This document shows, in pieces, positions 18,221-27,928 of a stretch of 64,000 bases of DNA. Where the stretch lies: assembly GCA_963804815.1 (NCBI GenBank), contig CAWDRU010000002.1, positions 5,187,122-5,251,121 of the forward strand, in the 5' to 3' direction. The position numbers were made by a program, and so were the translations under genes. The notes beneath the pieces were generated by a model. The model saw only the letters and a program-made list of their open reading frames with translations, was not told the DNA's origin and searched no databases. The stretch is from Blastocatellia bacterium. GTDB taxonomy: Bacteria; Acidobacteriota; Blastocatellia; UBA7656. Numbering within the stretch: the stretch's first letter is position 1; each line of letters begins with the position of its first letter.

Positions 18221-18622
18221 ATGCAAGGCATCGTAGTAGACACAGATGTCATATCATTCATTTTCAAAGGCGATACAAGAGCAGATTTGTATGATCCTCA
18301 TCTGGTTGGTAAATTGACGATAGCTTCTTTTATGACTGTTGCAGAGCTTGATCGCTGGGCCATTCAATACACTTGGGGAGAAGCGAAACGCAACGGACTG
18401 GAGACATTTCTACAGAAGTATTTCATCTCTTTCAGTGATCGAGCTTTGTGTCGCAAGTGGGCCGAAGCCGTATATAGCGCACGCCGAAACGGGCGACCCA
18501 TAAGAACTGCTGATGCCTGGATTGCTGCGACTGCTTTGCTGTACGAAGTCCCGCTCGTTACTCACAATTGCTCTAATTATGCCGGTGTTGCCGGGCTGGA
18601 TGTTATCTCAGAAGCCCCTTGA
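18221..18622 (+). CDS. vapC: PIN-domain ribonuclease toxin (VapC-like)
   Basis: MQGIVVDTDVISF..., MTVAEL, TADAWIAATAL and THN give PIN-type acidic residue spacing. Confidence 0.8.
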   Translation: MQGIVVDTDVISFIFKGDTRADLYDPHLVGKLTIASFMTVAELDRWAIQYTWGEAKRNGLETFLQKYFISFSDRALCRKWAEAVYSARRNGRPIRTADAWIAATALLYEVPLVTHNCSNYAGVAGLDVISEAP

Positions 18623-18702
18623 TGAAAGGTAAGGAGACGGCATGATGAGAAAGTGAAGCGGCGGTATACTCCGGCTACGCAGCTATGTGTATCTGGAGTA
18701 GA

Positions 18703-18867
18703 TAGGTTAGAGGCTGAATATTTGCCTGTGGCTTGTGACCACGTTAAGGAGACTACTCAACCTTCTATCCGAAGCGCCACCATAGGGCTACTAGACCCTG
18801 TATAGGAGGCTGGTGACCGCCGCAACACGAAGTCTACTCCAGAATATCTTTCAGGAGGAAACTAAAC
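18703..18867 (+). ncRNA. Candidate IS110 bridge (guide) RNA in the left non-coding end
   Basis: About 165-nt non-coding leader 5' of the recombinase. It contains TCTACTCCAGA (18833-18843), the exact complement of the flanking TCTGGAGTAGA (18692-18702). Confidence 0.35.
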
Positions 18868-19881
18868 ATGCGATTTATCGGAGTAGACCTGCACAGCAAC
18901 CAGATCACGGTTTGTTATTTGACTAAACAAGGCAAGGAGAAACTCGCAACTTTTGCCCTCAGCAAGCTCGCAGAATTTCAAAAGGGCTTGAGGCGCACGG
19001 ATCGACTGGCTGTAGAAGCCACCGGCAACACTCGCTGGTTCGTCGCTCAAGTCAAAGGGCTTGTAGAGCAGGTGGTCGTCGTAAACACGAATCAGTTCGA
19101 AGTGATTCGCAAGAGCGTCAAGAAGACCGACCAGAACGACGCGAGAGCACTGGCCTTGTTTTTAAGCAAGGAGATGTTACCGGAGGCGAGGATGAAGTCA
19201 GAGCAGGCATCGGAGATCAACTCGCTTGCGACTACGCGCGACAAGTTGGTGAAGCTTCGCACGACGCTCGTTAACAAGTTGCACGCGCTTATGCGAGGGC
19301 GAGGCGTAGCGAGTCGCAAGAGCCAGTTCCTGAGCAGGAAGGGGTTGCGAGGAGTGCTTGAGCAGGAGTGGAGCGCGACGCAGCGAGTTGAAGTGGAAGT
19401 CATAGCCAGTCAGATCCAATCGCTCAACGAAGGCATCCATCGACTCGACGAGCAGTTAGTCGAAAGCGGGGAGCAGATGCGAGGGCAGAAGAATCTGGTG
19501 TCGATCAAAGGGATAGGGCCGAGAGGTGCAGCGATCTTGCTGGGAGTGATAGGAGATGTCGCAGACTTCGAGAGCGCGGAGAAGTTGGGGAGCTATTTCG
19601 GGATAGTGCCGAGGGTGTCGAACTCGAATGAAACAGAACGGCACGGGCGGATAACGAAGAGGGGATCAAAGCTTGGACGGACGACGCTGGTGCAATGCAC
19701 TTTGGTTGCGAAGAAGTACAGCCCGTACCTGAGCCGGTTCTATGAACGGATAAAAGGAAAGAAAGGCGGAGGCAAAGCAATAATAGCCACCGCGCGGAAG
19801 TTTCTGGGAATAATCTATCGGACATTAAAGAATGATTGGGTGTTTGAGGATTTCCCTAATTTTGTCCTCGTCGAGGGCTGA
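18868..19881 (+). CDS. IS110 family transposase (DEDD recombinase)
   Basis: MRFIGVDLHSNQ N-terminus; C-terminal GIGPRGAAILLGVIGDVADFESAEKLGSYFGIVPRVSNSNETERHGRITKRGSKLGRTTL, typical of the IS110 family; GGAGG RBS. Confidence 0.9.
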   Translation: MRFIGVDLHSNQITVCYLTKQGKEKLATFALSKLAEFQKGLRRTDRLAVEATGNTRWFVAQVKGLVEQVVVVNTNQFEVIRKSVKKTDQNDARALALFLSKEMLPEARMKSEQASEINSLATTRDKLVKLRTTLVNKLHALMRGRGVASRKSQFLSRKGLRGVLEQEWSATQRVEVEVIASQIQSLNEGIHRLDEQLVESGEQMRGQKNLVSIKGIGPRGAAILLGVIGDVADFESAEKLGSYFGIVPRVSNSNETERHGRITKRGSKLGRTTLVQCTLVAKKYSPYLSRFYERIKGKKGGGKAIIATARKFLGIIYRTLKNDWVFEDFPNFVLVEG

Positions 19882-19924
19882 AATATCAACCTCGGAGTAG
19901 ACAACTCATCATAGGAGTTAATTT

Positions 19925-21091
19925 ATGGAATCGAAGTTTGCCAGATACGTCAACCGCGATGAAATCATTCAAATAGTATGCGACCTCGTGCGCCAGAACA
20001 CGGTCAACCCGCCGGGCAATGAATACCTCTGCAAGGAGATCGTCACCAGTTGCATGCAGCAACTCGGAATGGAGATCTCCTACTACGAAAAAGAACCCGG
20101 TCGCACGAACGTAGTGGGCCGAATGGGGAGCGGCGCGAAGTCAATCGGCTTCGTCTCGCACATGGACGTAGTGCCGCCGGGCGAGCTTGAGCAGTGGAAC
20201 ACGCCGCCCTTTGAACCGACCATCGAAGAAGGGCGCATATACGGGCGAGGCACGCTCGACGACAAAGGCTCTTTCGCCTGCGCCTATTCCGCGTGCAAAG
20301 CGTTTCTGGCAGAGCACGCGGACTTTGACGGCACTGTATATCTGATCGCCGCAGCCGACGAAGAGGTAGGCTCGGAGCTTGGCATCATATATCTGGTCGA
20401 AGAGTGCGGCTTGAAATTCGATGTTGCGATAATTCCTGACGGCGGGCGAATGGATCTTTCGATCTACGGCGAGAAGGGGATTCTCTGGGTCGAGCTTGAA
20501 AGTCACGGCATACAGGCGCACGGCTCGACGCCCGAACTTGGCCGCAACGCAATCATCCCGCTCGCGGAAGCGATTGCCGAAATCAAATCGCTCGATCTGG
20601 GCGCAAGCTATGACCGCGCGTTCGACGGCTGGACTATGAACGTCGGAACGATTCAGGGTGGCTCGTCAACCAATACAGTTCCGGCCATGGCTCGCGCGAC
20701 CATCGATTTCCGCCTGCCTGCCGGAATCAACAAAGAGCAGGTGCTTGCGAAGATAGAAGAGAAGGTCGCAGCCGTTCGCCATCGCTCTGCGGACGCCGAA
20801 CTGAGAGTGAAGGTGCTTCACGAAACAGAGCCGCACCTGTCGGATAAAAACTCTATCATCATTCGCAGCTTCGATGCGGCGGCGCGTCGTTTGGGGCTTC
20901 CGATGAGTTACGAGACATTCGGCGGCAACACGGTCGCAAAGAACCTCTATTTTGCAGGCATCACTTCGGTCGTGCATTATCCGGGCGACGACAAGCTGGC
21001 ACACGTGCCGAACGAATTCGTCATTATTGACGAGCTTGTGCTCGGCTCGGTGCTTTACGCCGAAACGCTCGAATCTTACTTTTTCGGTTGA
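19925..21091 (+). CDS. M20 family metallopeptidase (ArgE/DapE-like deacylase)
   Basis: SHMDVVPPG, GRGTLDDKG and AADEEVGS metal-ligand motifs. Confidence 0.8.
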   Translation: MESKFARYVNRDEIIQIVCDLVRQNTVNPPGNEYLCKEIVTSCMQQLGMEISYYEKEPGRTNVVGRMGSGAKSIGFVSHMDVVPPGELEQWNTPPFEPTIEEGRIYGRGTLDDKGSFACAYSACKAFLAEHADFDGTVYLIAAADEEVGSELGIIYLVEECGLKFDVAIIPDGGRMDLSIYGEKGILWVELESHGIQAHGSTPELGRNAIIPLAEAIAEIKSLDLGASYDRAFDGWTMNVGTIQGGSSTNTVPAMARATIDFRLPAGINKEQVLAKIEEKVAAVRHRSADAELRVKVLHETEPHLSDKNSIIIRSFDAAARRLGLPMSYETFGGNTVAKNLYFAGITSVVHYPGDDKLAHVPNEFVIIDELVLGSVLYAETLESYFFG

Positions 21092-21117
21092 TAGCTGAAC
21101 TCACAGGGTGAGGGTGC

Positions 21118-23670
21118 ATGGGAAAATCAGTAAATATAAGTGCGCAAATGACGATTCACCGCAGAGGACGCAGGATGGCCGATGTATGTGCTTCGCACGC
21201 AGGGATTACGCAGAGAAAATTTTCTCTGCGTATTTTCAAAACGAGCCACTTAATTCCGCAAGTCATCGCTGTGGTTCTCTTATTGCTGTTTGCAGCGTCG
21301 GCAAACGCGCAGAGCTTGCAATCAAGAGCGAACGAGATTCGCGCAGCGATGGACAGTCGCGCGTTTGATCGCGCAGAACGGCTGGCGCGAGAACTGCGCG
21401 CAAGCGACCCCGCCGCCTTCACTCGAAACAACTACGATTATCTGCTCGCCCGGCTCACCGAGCGGCGCGGCGCGCGGGCCGAAGCCTCGACTCTTTATTT
21501 AGGTTTGCTCAATCGAAATTCTAATCTGGCTCAATACTCGCTCTGGCACCTTGCCCTGATTGCTCGCGCGTCGGGCGATCTCGCGCTTGAGCGGCAATAC
21601 ATCACTCGAATGCTTGCCGTTTATCCATCGAGCGCGCTCGTCACAGGCGCGCGAAATCGGTTGATTGACAGCCATCTCGAAAGCAGAGATTACCGGGCAG
21701 CCGTAGCGATGCTTCGCCCCGCTGCTTCAACCTCAGGTGTGCGCGGGCGAAGCGCGATGGCGCGACTGGGCGAGGCTTACTCGAAGACCGGAGACAGTCA
21801 ATCAGCGCGCACTGTTTTTAATCAGCTCGTCGCTGGCGCGCGTGACGACTATGCGCTCGCGGCGTCGCTCGGACTCGACGAACTGGACCGCGCATCGGAC
21901 ATAAAACCGAACGAGTTTGACGCGCTTCGTCGAGCGCGAATATATCTGTTCAATCGCCATTGGGCGGAAGCGCGCGCGCGCCTTCTCGACATCGTAGACC
22001 GATTTCCTGAAAGCCAGAATCGCGCGGAAGCTCTTTATCAAACCGGATTTACTCTTTATCGCGAAGAGAAACAGGATGAAGCCATAAAATGGTTCGAGCG
22101 CGTCTATAACGAATTCCCCGCGAAAAAAGAGGGCGAGCAGGGGTATTACTGGGTCGCCACAGCGCTTCAGAAAGCCCGGCGTTATGAAGAAGCCGCGCGT
22201 CGTTACTCGGATTTCATCACTGCTTATCCGGCGAGCGATCTGATGGAAGGAGCATATCGCAACGTCGTTGACAGCTATCGCTACGCGGGCAAAGACGCGG
22301 AAGCTCTCGAATGGTCCAGACGAATCCAACAGCGTTTCGCCAGTCAACCACTGGCAACGGTCGGATTATTCAACGAAGCAAAGATCGAGCTTGTGCGCGG
22401 AAACTACGATGCTGCGATCAACCTGCTGATGCAGGTCCAGGCGCGGCCCGTGACTCCCAAGCTTCTGAGCGCGCCTATTCGCGGCGAAGCTGCCTTCATG
22501 CGAATCTACGCAATAGAGCAGGCTGGCCGACTCGGCGAAGCTGCGCGTATGTATCTTGCCGTACCCGACGAACGCGATAATTACTTTGGCCATCGCGCGA
22601 CTTGGCGATTGCAGGCAATGCTTGCGACGGACAAAGGCCGCGCGATAATCGAGCCGCTCGCTCGCGGTTTCAGAGAGCAGGCGCGTGCAGCGCTTAGAGC
22701 ATCGCGCTACAGTGAAGCGAAAGATGCCGCGACGCAAGCTCTGCGACTGACTACGGACGCTGCCGCGCAGAGCGATTTGATTTCGATTTTGCGCGCGAGC
22801 TACAGCCAGCTTCCGGGTTACAACGTAGGCGCGCGCTTTCGGTTGATTCCAGCTACGCGCTCCGCGATTGACGCGCAGCAGGGCGCACTTGACGCCTCGC
22901 ATCAATCGCTTGCGGCAGAGCTGATCTTTCTTGGATTGTACGACGAAGGCGCGACGGAATTGAGGCTGGGAGGATTCGGCGGCGCGCGCGTAGTCAATGA
23001 TTCGGAAGGGTCTGACGAAAACGCGGCACGCACGGTGTCGGTTGCTGCCAACGCGGATACGACCTATTCGCTCGCCGTCTACAGCAATCGCGGTGACCAG
23101 TCGTGGCACGCGATAGCTTTTGCCGAGCCGCTTGCGCGATCAATTCCGCAGGACTTCCGGATCGAACTTCTGCCGCGCGATTTTGCGGAGATGCTCTATC
23201 CCGCGCCTTATCGTGATCCGCTCAACCGATACGGGGTTGCGGCAGGCATTGACCCTCGACTGGTGCTTGCGCTCGCGCGGCAGGAGAGCCGCTTCAATCC
23301 ATCGGTGAAGAGCAATGCTGCGGCGCGCGGCCTCGTACAATTCATTCAGGAGACCGCGTTGAAGCTGGCGGCGGAAGAAGGCATACGCAATTTTGAGCTT
23401 GATGATGTCTACGAGCCTGAGATTGCGGTTCGACTCTCTGTGCGATATGTGGCCGATCTGCTCAAACTCTTCCCGAATAATCCATATGCCGTTGCGGCTT
23501 CCTATAACACGGGCGAGCAGAACGTGGAGCGATGGATATACCGCTCGCGGTCAAAAGATGTTGACCGGTTAACGGTTGAGATAGCAATACCGGAAACAAA
23601 AGACTACGTTGCAAAAGTGATGTGCAATTACTGGGCTTACCAGCAACTCTACAGCCGCGATCTGAAGTAA
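21118..23670 (+). CDS. Soluble lytic murein transglycosylase (Slt70-like), superhelical repeat domain plus SLT domain
   Basis: Signal-like VIAVVLLLLFAASANAQS; long TPR-like helical region; C-terminal SLT motifs ALARQESRFNPSVKSNAAARGLVQF and AASYNTGEQNV. Exact start uncertain (several Met codons from 21118 to 21172). Confidence 0.8.
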   Translation: MGKSVNISAQMTIHRRGRRMADVCASHAGITQRKFSLRIFKTSHLIPQVIAVVLLLLFAASANAQSLQSRANEIRAAMDSRAFDRAERLARELRASDPAAFTRNNYDYLLARLTERRGARAEASTLYLGLLNRNSNLAQYSLWHLALIARASGDLALERQYITRMLAVYPSSALVTGARNRLIDSHLESRDYRAAVAMLRPAASTSGVRGRSAMARLGEAYSKTGDSQSARTVFNQLVAGARDDYALAASLGLDELDRASDIKPNEFDALRRARIYLFNRHWAEARARLLDIVDRFPESQNRAEALYQTGFTLYREEKQDEAIKWFERVYNEFPAKKEGEQGYYWVATALQKARRYEEAARRYSDFITAYPASDLMEGAYRNVVDSYRYAGKDAEALEWSRRIQQRFASQPLATVGLFNEAKIELVRGNYDAAINLLMQVQARPVTPKLLSAPIRGEAAFMRIYAIEQAGRLGEAARMYLAVPDERDNYFGHRATWRLQAMLATDKGRAIIEPLARGFREQARAALRASRYSEAKDAATQALRLTTDAAAQSDLISILRASYSQLPGYNVGARFRLIPATRSAIDAQQGALDASHQSLAAELIFLGLYDEGATELRLGGFGGARVVNDSEGSDENAARTVSVAANADTTYSLAVYSNRGDQSWHAIAFAEPLARSIPQDFRIELLPRDFAEMLYPAPYRDPLNRYGVAAGIDPRLVLALARQESRFNPSVKSNAAARGLVQFIQETALKLAAEEGIRNFELDDVYEPEIAVRLSVRYVADLLKLFPNNPYAVAASYNTGEQNVERWIYRSRSKDVDRLTVEIAIPETKDYVAKVMCNYWAYQQLYSRDLK

Positions 23671-23906
23671 CAGATTCTTTTCGCAGATCACTGAATGTAA
23701 ACTTTATTGCGCACAACACAGTAGCTTGTAGTACAATCTTGCCGCGATATTCAGGAAGCTTTTCGCATTTAGTCGAGCTTGACTGCGGATTTAAGCTATG
23801 TTTCAATGCGTCTCAGCTTACATCCGTCATTTGTCCACACTTCACCTCAACCGCCAGAGGCGGACGTTCAAGAGGATTAGCTGAAACGGTCAGAGAATGC
23901 GGCGGA

Positions 23907-24236
23907 TTAGAACCGCACTCTCAAGCCTAACAACAGCGCGAGTGTAACAAGCAGCGCGCTGGCACCAGCATCAAATTCAGTAGCCGCGCCTGATAATGCC
24001 TTGCCATTCGCGGAAGGCTTTTTTGAAGTCTGACTATGTATGTTGGTTTCGCCCGGATCACAAATGCAGTATTCGGAAGAACCGCACTGACACCATGCGC
24101 CGGTTACGGTCGAATGACCTGCAAAGGCAACGGTTGCAAACGGGGTCGAGTTGATCGCGGTTTTATTCGGGGCAAGCGAAAACCACATTGGGAGGGTGAA
24201 AATGCAAATCACAGCTAATAACAATCTTAGTTTCAT
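23907..24236 (-). CDS. Small secreted Cys-rich protein with C-terminal hydrophobic anchor or sorting-like tail
   Basis: AAGGAG RBS 8 nt before ATG 24236. Signal peptide MKLRLLLAVICIFTLPMWFSLA, CQCGSSEYCICDPGE motif, tail TEFDAGASALLVTLALLLGLRVRF. Confidence 0.45.
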   Translation of the reverse strand: MKLRLLLAVICIFTLPMWFSLAPNKTAINSTPFATVAFAGHSTVTGAWCQCGSSEYCICDPGETNIHSQTSKKPSANGKALSGAATEFDAGASALLVTLALLLGLRVRF

Positions 24237-25560
24237 GAGGCTTTTCTCCTTTGGCAAGTTCGGTGAGACATCCCAAGCGATTGAGCAGAAAAAATTGTAT
24301 CAGCACTTAGTTTCGATACTCATCAGAGGCGCTTATGAAAAGCAGTTCGGCAATATTGGGACTCAACTCATCATATTGGCCGATCATGCTCTGGCAATGC
24401 GCAATACTGATGTGGCCGAACAGGCAAGTGAGATACTGGTAAATACCCCCTTGCCGCACAGCTATCATGGCATAGGCCATTACTATAAAGCGATGTCTGT
24501 TTTTCATCGAGGCGAATATATCATTGCTCGTGCTATGCTCGAACGCGTCGCGGAGTCAGAAGCTACTCCAATCAAATACAGGGCGCGAGCATTGGAATCT
24601 ATTGGAGCCGTTTATCATGATACTGGTAATGACGATGAAGCTTTGCACTATTTCTTACAAGCGGCCTATGCGGCATCGCCAAGATATGGTCGCGATTTAG
24701 TCACGGTCACGTTATCACAATGGATGTTATCTGTGATCCAGAGCATAGATGGTGATCATAACGGAGCTTTGCGGAACCTGGAAAAGCTGTTTCCCTTTGT
24801 ACGATTGATGACTTCGGATTGCCCGCACTATTATTACCTCTATGCCAACGCCCTTGCAGTTGAGTTGGGAGAATTAGGTCGTATCGAGGAAGCCCGGCAT
24901 ACTTCCCGCCTCGCTCTGGCTTCACCTTTTGCCCGCGTACATCCTGAATGGCACGAAACGGCAAAGGATATTTCGCGCAAAGCCCGCCGCGCTTCTCGCT
25001 CAGTCGTGGCAATAAGCAGGAAGCGAAAAGCGAAAGCCCATCACGAAACATCAATTCAACAAGCTCCGCCCGCAATCCACGAACAGGTGGTCGAGCCGGA
25101 CAGCAATCTGCTTCTATTCAGAAGACGACCCTCGTTCAAACCTCAACCCACGCTCTACAGCCATATCGAAGCTACTCAAAATCAACTCACCCTTCCTCAA
25201 AAACGCTCCCTCATCGTAGACATCGTCTGCAACCTCAAAGAAGATTCTTTAGACCGCCTGCTCGCTTTTGCAACCGAGCTTGACGACCAGCCTCCACAAT
25301 CTCGAAGGCCCAGACAGATCAACCTTGAAGAGAAAGGCGCTCTTGAAATGCTGATGAGCCTCTGGACCAGCGGCGATCTCAATATCAACGACCACGTCGC
25401 AGTCCTGTCTGCGCTCAGAGATTGCGACAATGATCTCCGCCTGAAAAACATCATCAATGAAATGATCACATACATATTCCGGTTCACGCAGGAACGCATG
25501 CAGAGCGAAGCATTATGGCGCAAGCGAGTCGAAGCGCAGCTCACGCCTGAAACTGATTAA
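24202..25560 (+). CDS. Hypothetical protein with TPR-like helical repeats
   Basis: GGGAGGG RBS then ATG 24202. Helical repeat sequence (GIGHYYKAMSVFHRGEYIIARAMLERV, GAVYHDTGNDDEALHYFLQAA). No catalytic motif recognised. Confidence 0.55.
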   Translation: MQITANNNLSFMRLFSFGKFGETSQAIEQKKLYQHLVSILIRGAYEKQFGNIGTQLIILADHALAMRNTDVAEQASEILVNTPLPHSYHGIGHYYKAMSVFHRGEYIIARAMLERVAESEATPIKYRARALESIGAVYHDTGNDDEALHYFLQAAYAASPRYGRDLVTVTLSQWMLSVIQSIDGDHNGALRNLEKLFPFVRLMTSDCPHYYYLYANALAVELGELGRIEEARHTSRLALASPFARVHPEWHETAKDISRKARRASRSVVAISRKRKAKAHHETSIQQAPPAIHEQVVEPDSNLLLFRRRPSFKPQPTLYSHIEATQNQLTLPQKRSLIVDIVCNLKEDSLDRLLAFATELDDQPPQSRRPRQINLEEKGALEMLMSLWTSGDLNINDHVAVLSALRDCDNDLRLKNIINEMITYIFRFTQERMQSEALWRKRVEAQLTPETD

Positions 25561-26012
25561 TCTTTGGGCTTCGGTTTTTTAATGGATTCGGTGTTCTGCA
25601 TGGATTCGATGCTCTTCCACACCGCCAGCCGGTCCTTAAATGACATTAGCAGTAACGCCTGCAATATCTTCGTCAAGTCGGGACTGGCTACGATTCTCTC
25701 CATCGCTTTTGCAAGGACGGCTCCCGGCCATGGGTCATAGCTGACTCCTTCCTGGTAATTCAGAGGCAACCCTCGCGCGACTTTGAATACATCGTCTTCC
25801 GGTTCGTCCAGTCCGATTGCCAGCGCCTTGAGTTTATCAACCGAAGGATTATTTGCCGAGCCGTTTATGATGCTGCCGACATAGGCGTCGGTAATCCGTT
25901 TCTCGCTTCGCTCCTCGACGCTCTTGTGTGTGAACTGTTTTTCAATGAGAATGCGTTTTACGTACTGGCTGAGCGTTTCGATTTTATACTTGTCGATCCT
26001 GTCTTTAGCCAT
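25557..26012 (-). CDS. XRE-like helix-turn-helix protein with C-terminal extension
   Basis: ITDAYVGSIINGSANNPSVDKLKALAIGLD resembles the HTH_3 recognition region. Paralogous to 47245-47571. Confidence 0.6.
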   Translation of the reverse strand: MAKDRIDKYKIETLSQYVKRILIEKQFTHKSVEERSEKRITDAYVGSIINGSANNPSVDKLKALAIGLDEPEDDVFKVARGLPLNYQEGVSYDPWPGAVLAKAMERIVASPDLTKILQALLLMSFKDRLAVWKSIESMQNTESIKKPKPKD

Positions 26013-26370
26013 AGTTTGTCACTTCAGGACGCACTCTCTAATTGCGAAAGGATACAGTGCAATGCGGCTAGATCGCGCGTTGTTGAATACAGTTATGCGC
26101 AAGATAACTTCTCGCGCCACATCTAAACGATGCCTGTACGGCGATTGTTAATCCCCGCAGGCGAGTTTTGTATCACAGGCTGGGTTAGACTCTCAATAGT
26201 GGATTGATGCGGAAAATGCAAAAAGCCGCCGCTGTATGTTTCGGGCCTTGCTCATCGAGGCGAAATGAACTGTCTACTCCGTCTGTTGAAACCACCGGTG
26301 ACTTGCGAGCCGCCGAGAAGGTCTAAGGCCATCCACGCCGCGTCATAAAGCGCCGTTCGTCAAGCTACGA

Positions 26371-26901
26371 TCAATTCCAGCCCATGCGCTCGCGCAATCG
26401 GGTGATATGCGCGACGTGATGGCGACCGTGCCATGCATAAAGCCCCAGATTTTTATCGAGCGAAAGCACGCCGATGTCCGGGTGCCTGAACGTGCGCGCA
26501 AAATCCTCGCTCTTGAGCGATTTCAACAGATGAACCCAACGCTCGTGTAAGGATTCCAGCAGCACGAGCGAAACTTCAAGCGGCGCGGTTCGGGCGTCAT
26601 CTAGCTCTGCCCAGCGGTCTTCGTGATAAGGCTTGATGGTCGGCTCGTCTTCGGTCAGCGCGAGCCGGAATCTGATGTAGCTGTTGAGATGACTGTCGGC
26701 AACGTGGTGGACTACCTGCCGGACAGTCCATCCTCCCGGACGATACGGCGTATCAAGCTGTTCTGCCGACAAGCCTTCAACCGCAGCGCGAATCGAAGCC
26801 GGAGTCCCGGCTATCTCGTCAATAAACTGTTGCCGCTGTTCGTTTGTTGCATCGCCTTCCCAGTTGAACTTTCCTATCGGGTAACTGAGTTCCGTCGTCA
26901 T
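26371..26901 (-). CDS. DinB/YfiT-family metal-dependent hydrolase or thiol transferase
   Basis: YPIGKF..., [47 protein letters not shown]. Resembles the Bacillus YfiT family as I recall it. Confidence 0.85.
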   Translation of the reverse strand: MTTELSYPIGKFNWEGDATNEQRQQFIDEIAGTPASIRAAVEGLSAEQLDTPYRPGGWTVRQVVHHVADSHLNSYIRFRLALTEDEPTIKPYHEDRWAELDDARTAPLEVSLVLLESLHERWVHLLKSLKSEDFARTFRHPDIGVLSLDKNLGLYAWHGRHHVAHITRLRERMGWN

Positions 26902-26932
26902 TGATGCCTCCTGTTAAAAATGTTGAAGCCTG

Positions 26933-27928
26933 TTAATCGTCTGCTTCCAGCCGATCACATCTCGCAAAACGAGTCGCCTCTTTTTTTGCGCTTTTCAGTG
27001 CAGCCGGAGTCTTTTCCTGTTCTTTGTGAGATGTGATGATTATCACTGCCCCTACGATTACGGCAGTTGCTATCATCGTGCGCATGGTTAGCGGTTCGCC
27101 AGCCACGGCCCAGCCCAGTATCACAGCCACTACGGGGTTTACGTAAGCGTATGTCGATGCAAGCGACGGCGGCGTTACTTTTAACAACCAGCTGTAACAG
27201 GTGAAGGCTATGATCGCGCCAAAGATTATCAGGTAAAAATAAGCGACCGCCGAACGAAGCGATACCTGAGTGATTTGAAAACCTGCGGTCTCGCCTCTTG
27301 CAAGCCCTACGACGAGCAGCAACGCTCCGCCTGCGAGCATCTGCATCCCTGCTGCAAGCACAGGTGAAGGGGCGGTCTTCGCTTTCACAGCGTAGAAAGA
27401 CCCTACGGCCCACGATGTAGTCGCCAGCATCATCAAACCTGCCCCGAATAGATCGACCTCCCCCTGACCCGCCAGGTTCGCAGGACCTATGAGCAGGAAC
27501 ATTCCGACAAGCCCTAACGCGAGACCAAGCGATACCCTTGCGCCTGGCCTTTCGCCTCCGGGCCGCGCCCAGTTGAGCAGCACGATCATCAACGGCTCAG
27601 TCGCAATTAACAATGCCGTGAGCCCGGAAGGCACGCTCTGTTCGGCCATAACAACCAGACCATTGCCCCCCAGCAGTAACAAAGCGCCGATGATGATTGC
27701 CGCCCGCCAGTTCACCCAGTCAGGGCTTTGAGCGCCGCGCGCGCGCGCCCATAGATAAAGAACCGTGCCCGCAATCAGAAAACGAGTGCCCGCGAATAGA
27801 AACAGTGGAATGGTTTCGATGGCATATCGAATCCCAAGATAGGTCGAACCCCAAATCAGGTAGACCGCTGCAAACGCCAGCACAAGCTTTACAGTCGATG
27901 GTTTCTCTTGTGTCTGTACATCAGTCAT
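26933..27928 (-). CDS. EamA/DMT family transporter
   Basis: About 10 TM segments; LIWGSTYLGIRYA N-terminal EamA motif; duplicated EamA halves. Confidence 0.8.
   Translation of the reverse strand: MTDVQTQEKPSTVKLVLAFAAVYLIWGSTYLGIRYAIETIPLFLFAGTRFLIAGTVLYLWARARGAQSPDWVNWRAAIIIGALLLLGGNGLVVMAEQSVPSGLTALLIATEPLMIVLLNWARPGGERPGARVSLGLALGLVGMFLLIGPANLAGQGEVDLFGAGLMMLATTSWAVGSFYAVKAKTAPSPVLAAGMQMLAGGALLLVVGLARGETAGFQITQVSLRSAVAYFYLIIFGAIIAFTCYSWLLKVTPPSLASTYAYVNPVVAVILGWAVAGEPLTMRTMIATAVIVGAVIIITSHKEQEKTPAALKSAKKEATRFARCDRLEADD

Larger units (their letters stand above)
18703..19893 (+). mobile_element. IS110-family insertion sequence (boundaries approximate)
   Basis: Contains a DEDD-type transposase. 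GGAGTAGA is present just outside both proposed ends (18695-18702 and 19894-19901). Size of about 1.2 kb is typical of IS110 elements. No terminal inverted repeats, as expected for this family. Confidence 0.6.

Noticed and set aside
18657-18822. GCGGCGGT / ACCGCCGC complementarity as an additional bridge-RNA stem
   Set aside because: The 5' partner lies outside the proposed IS boundary. It would form a pseudoknot-type crossing with the other pairing, and an 8-nt GC-rich match is easily due to chance.
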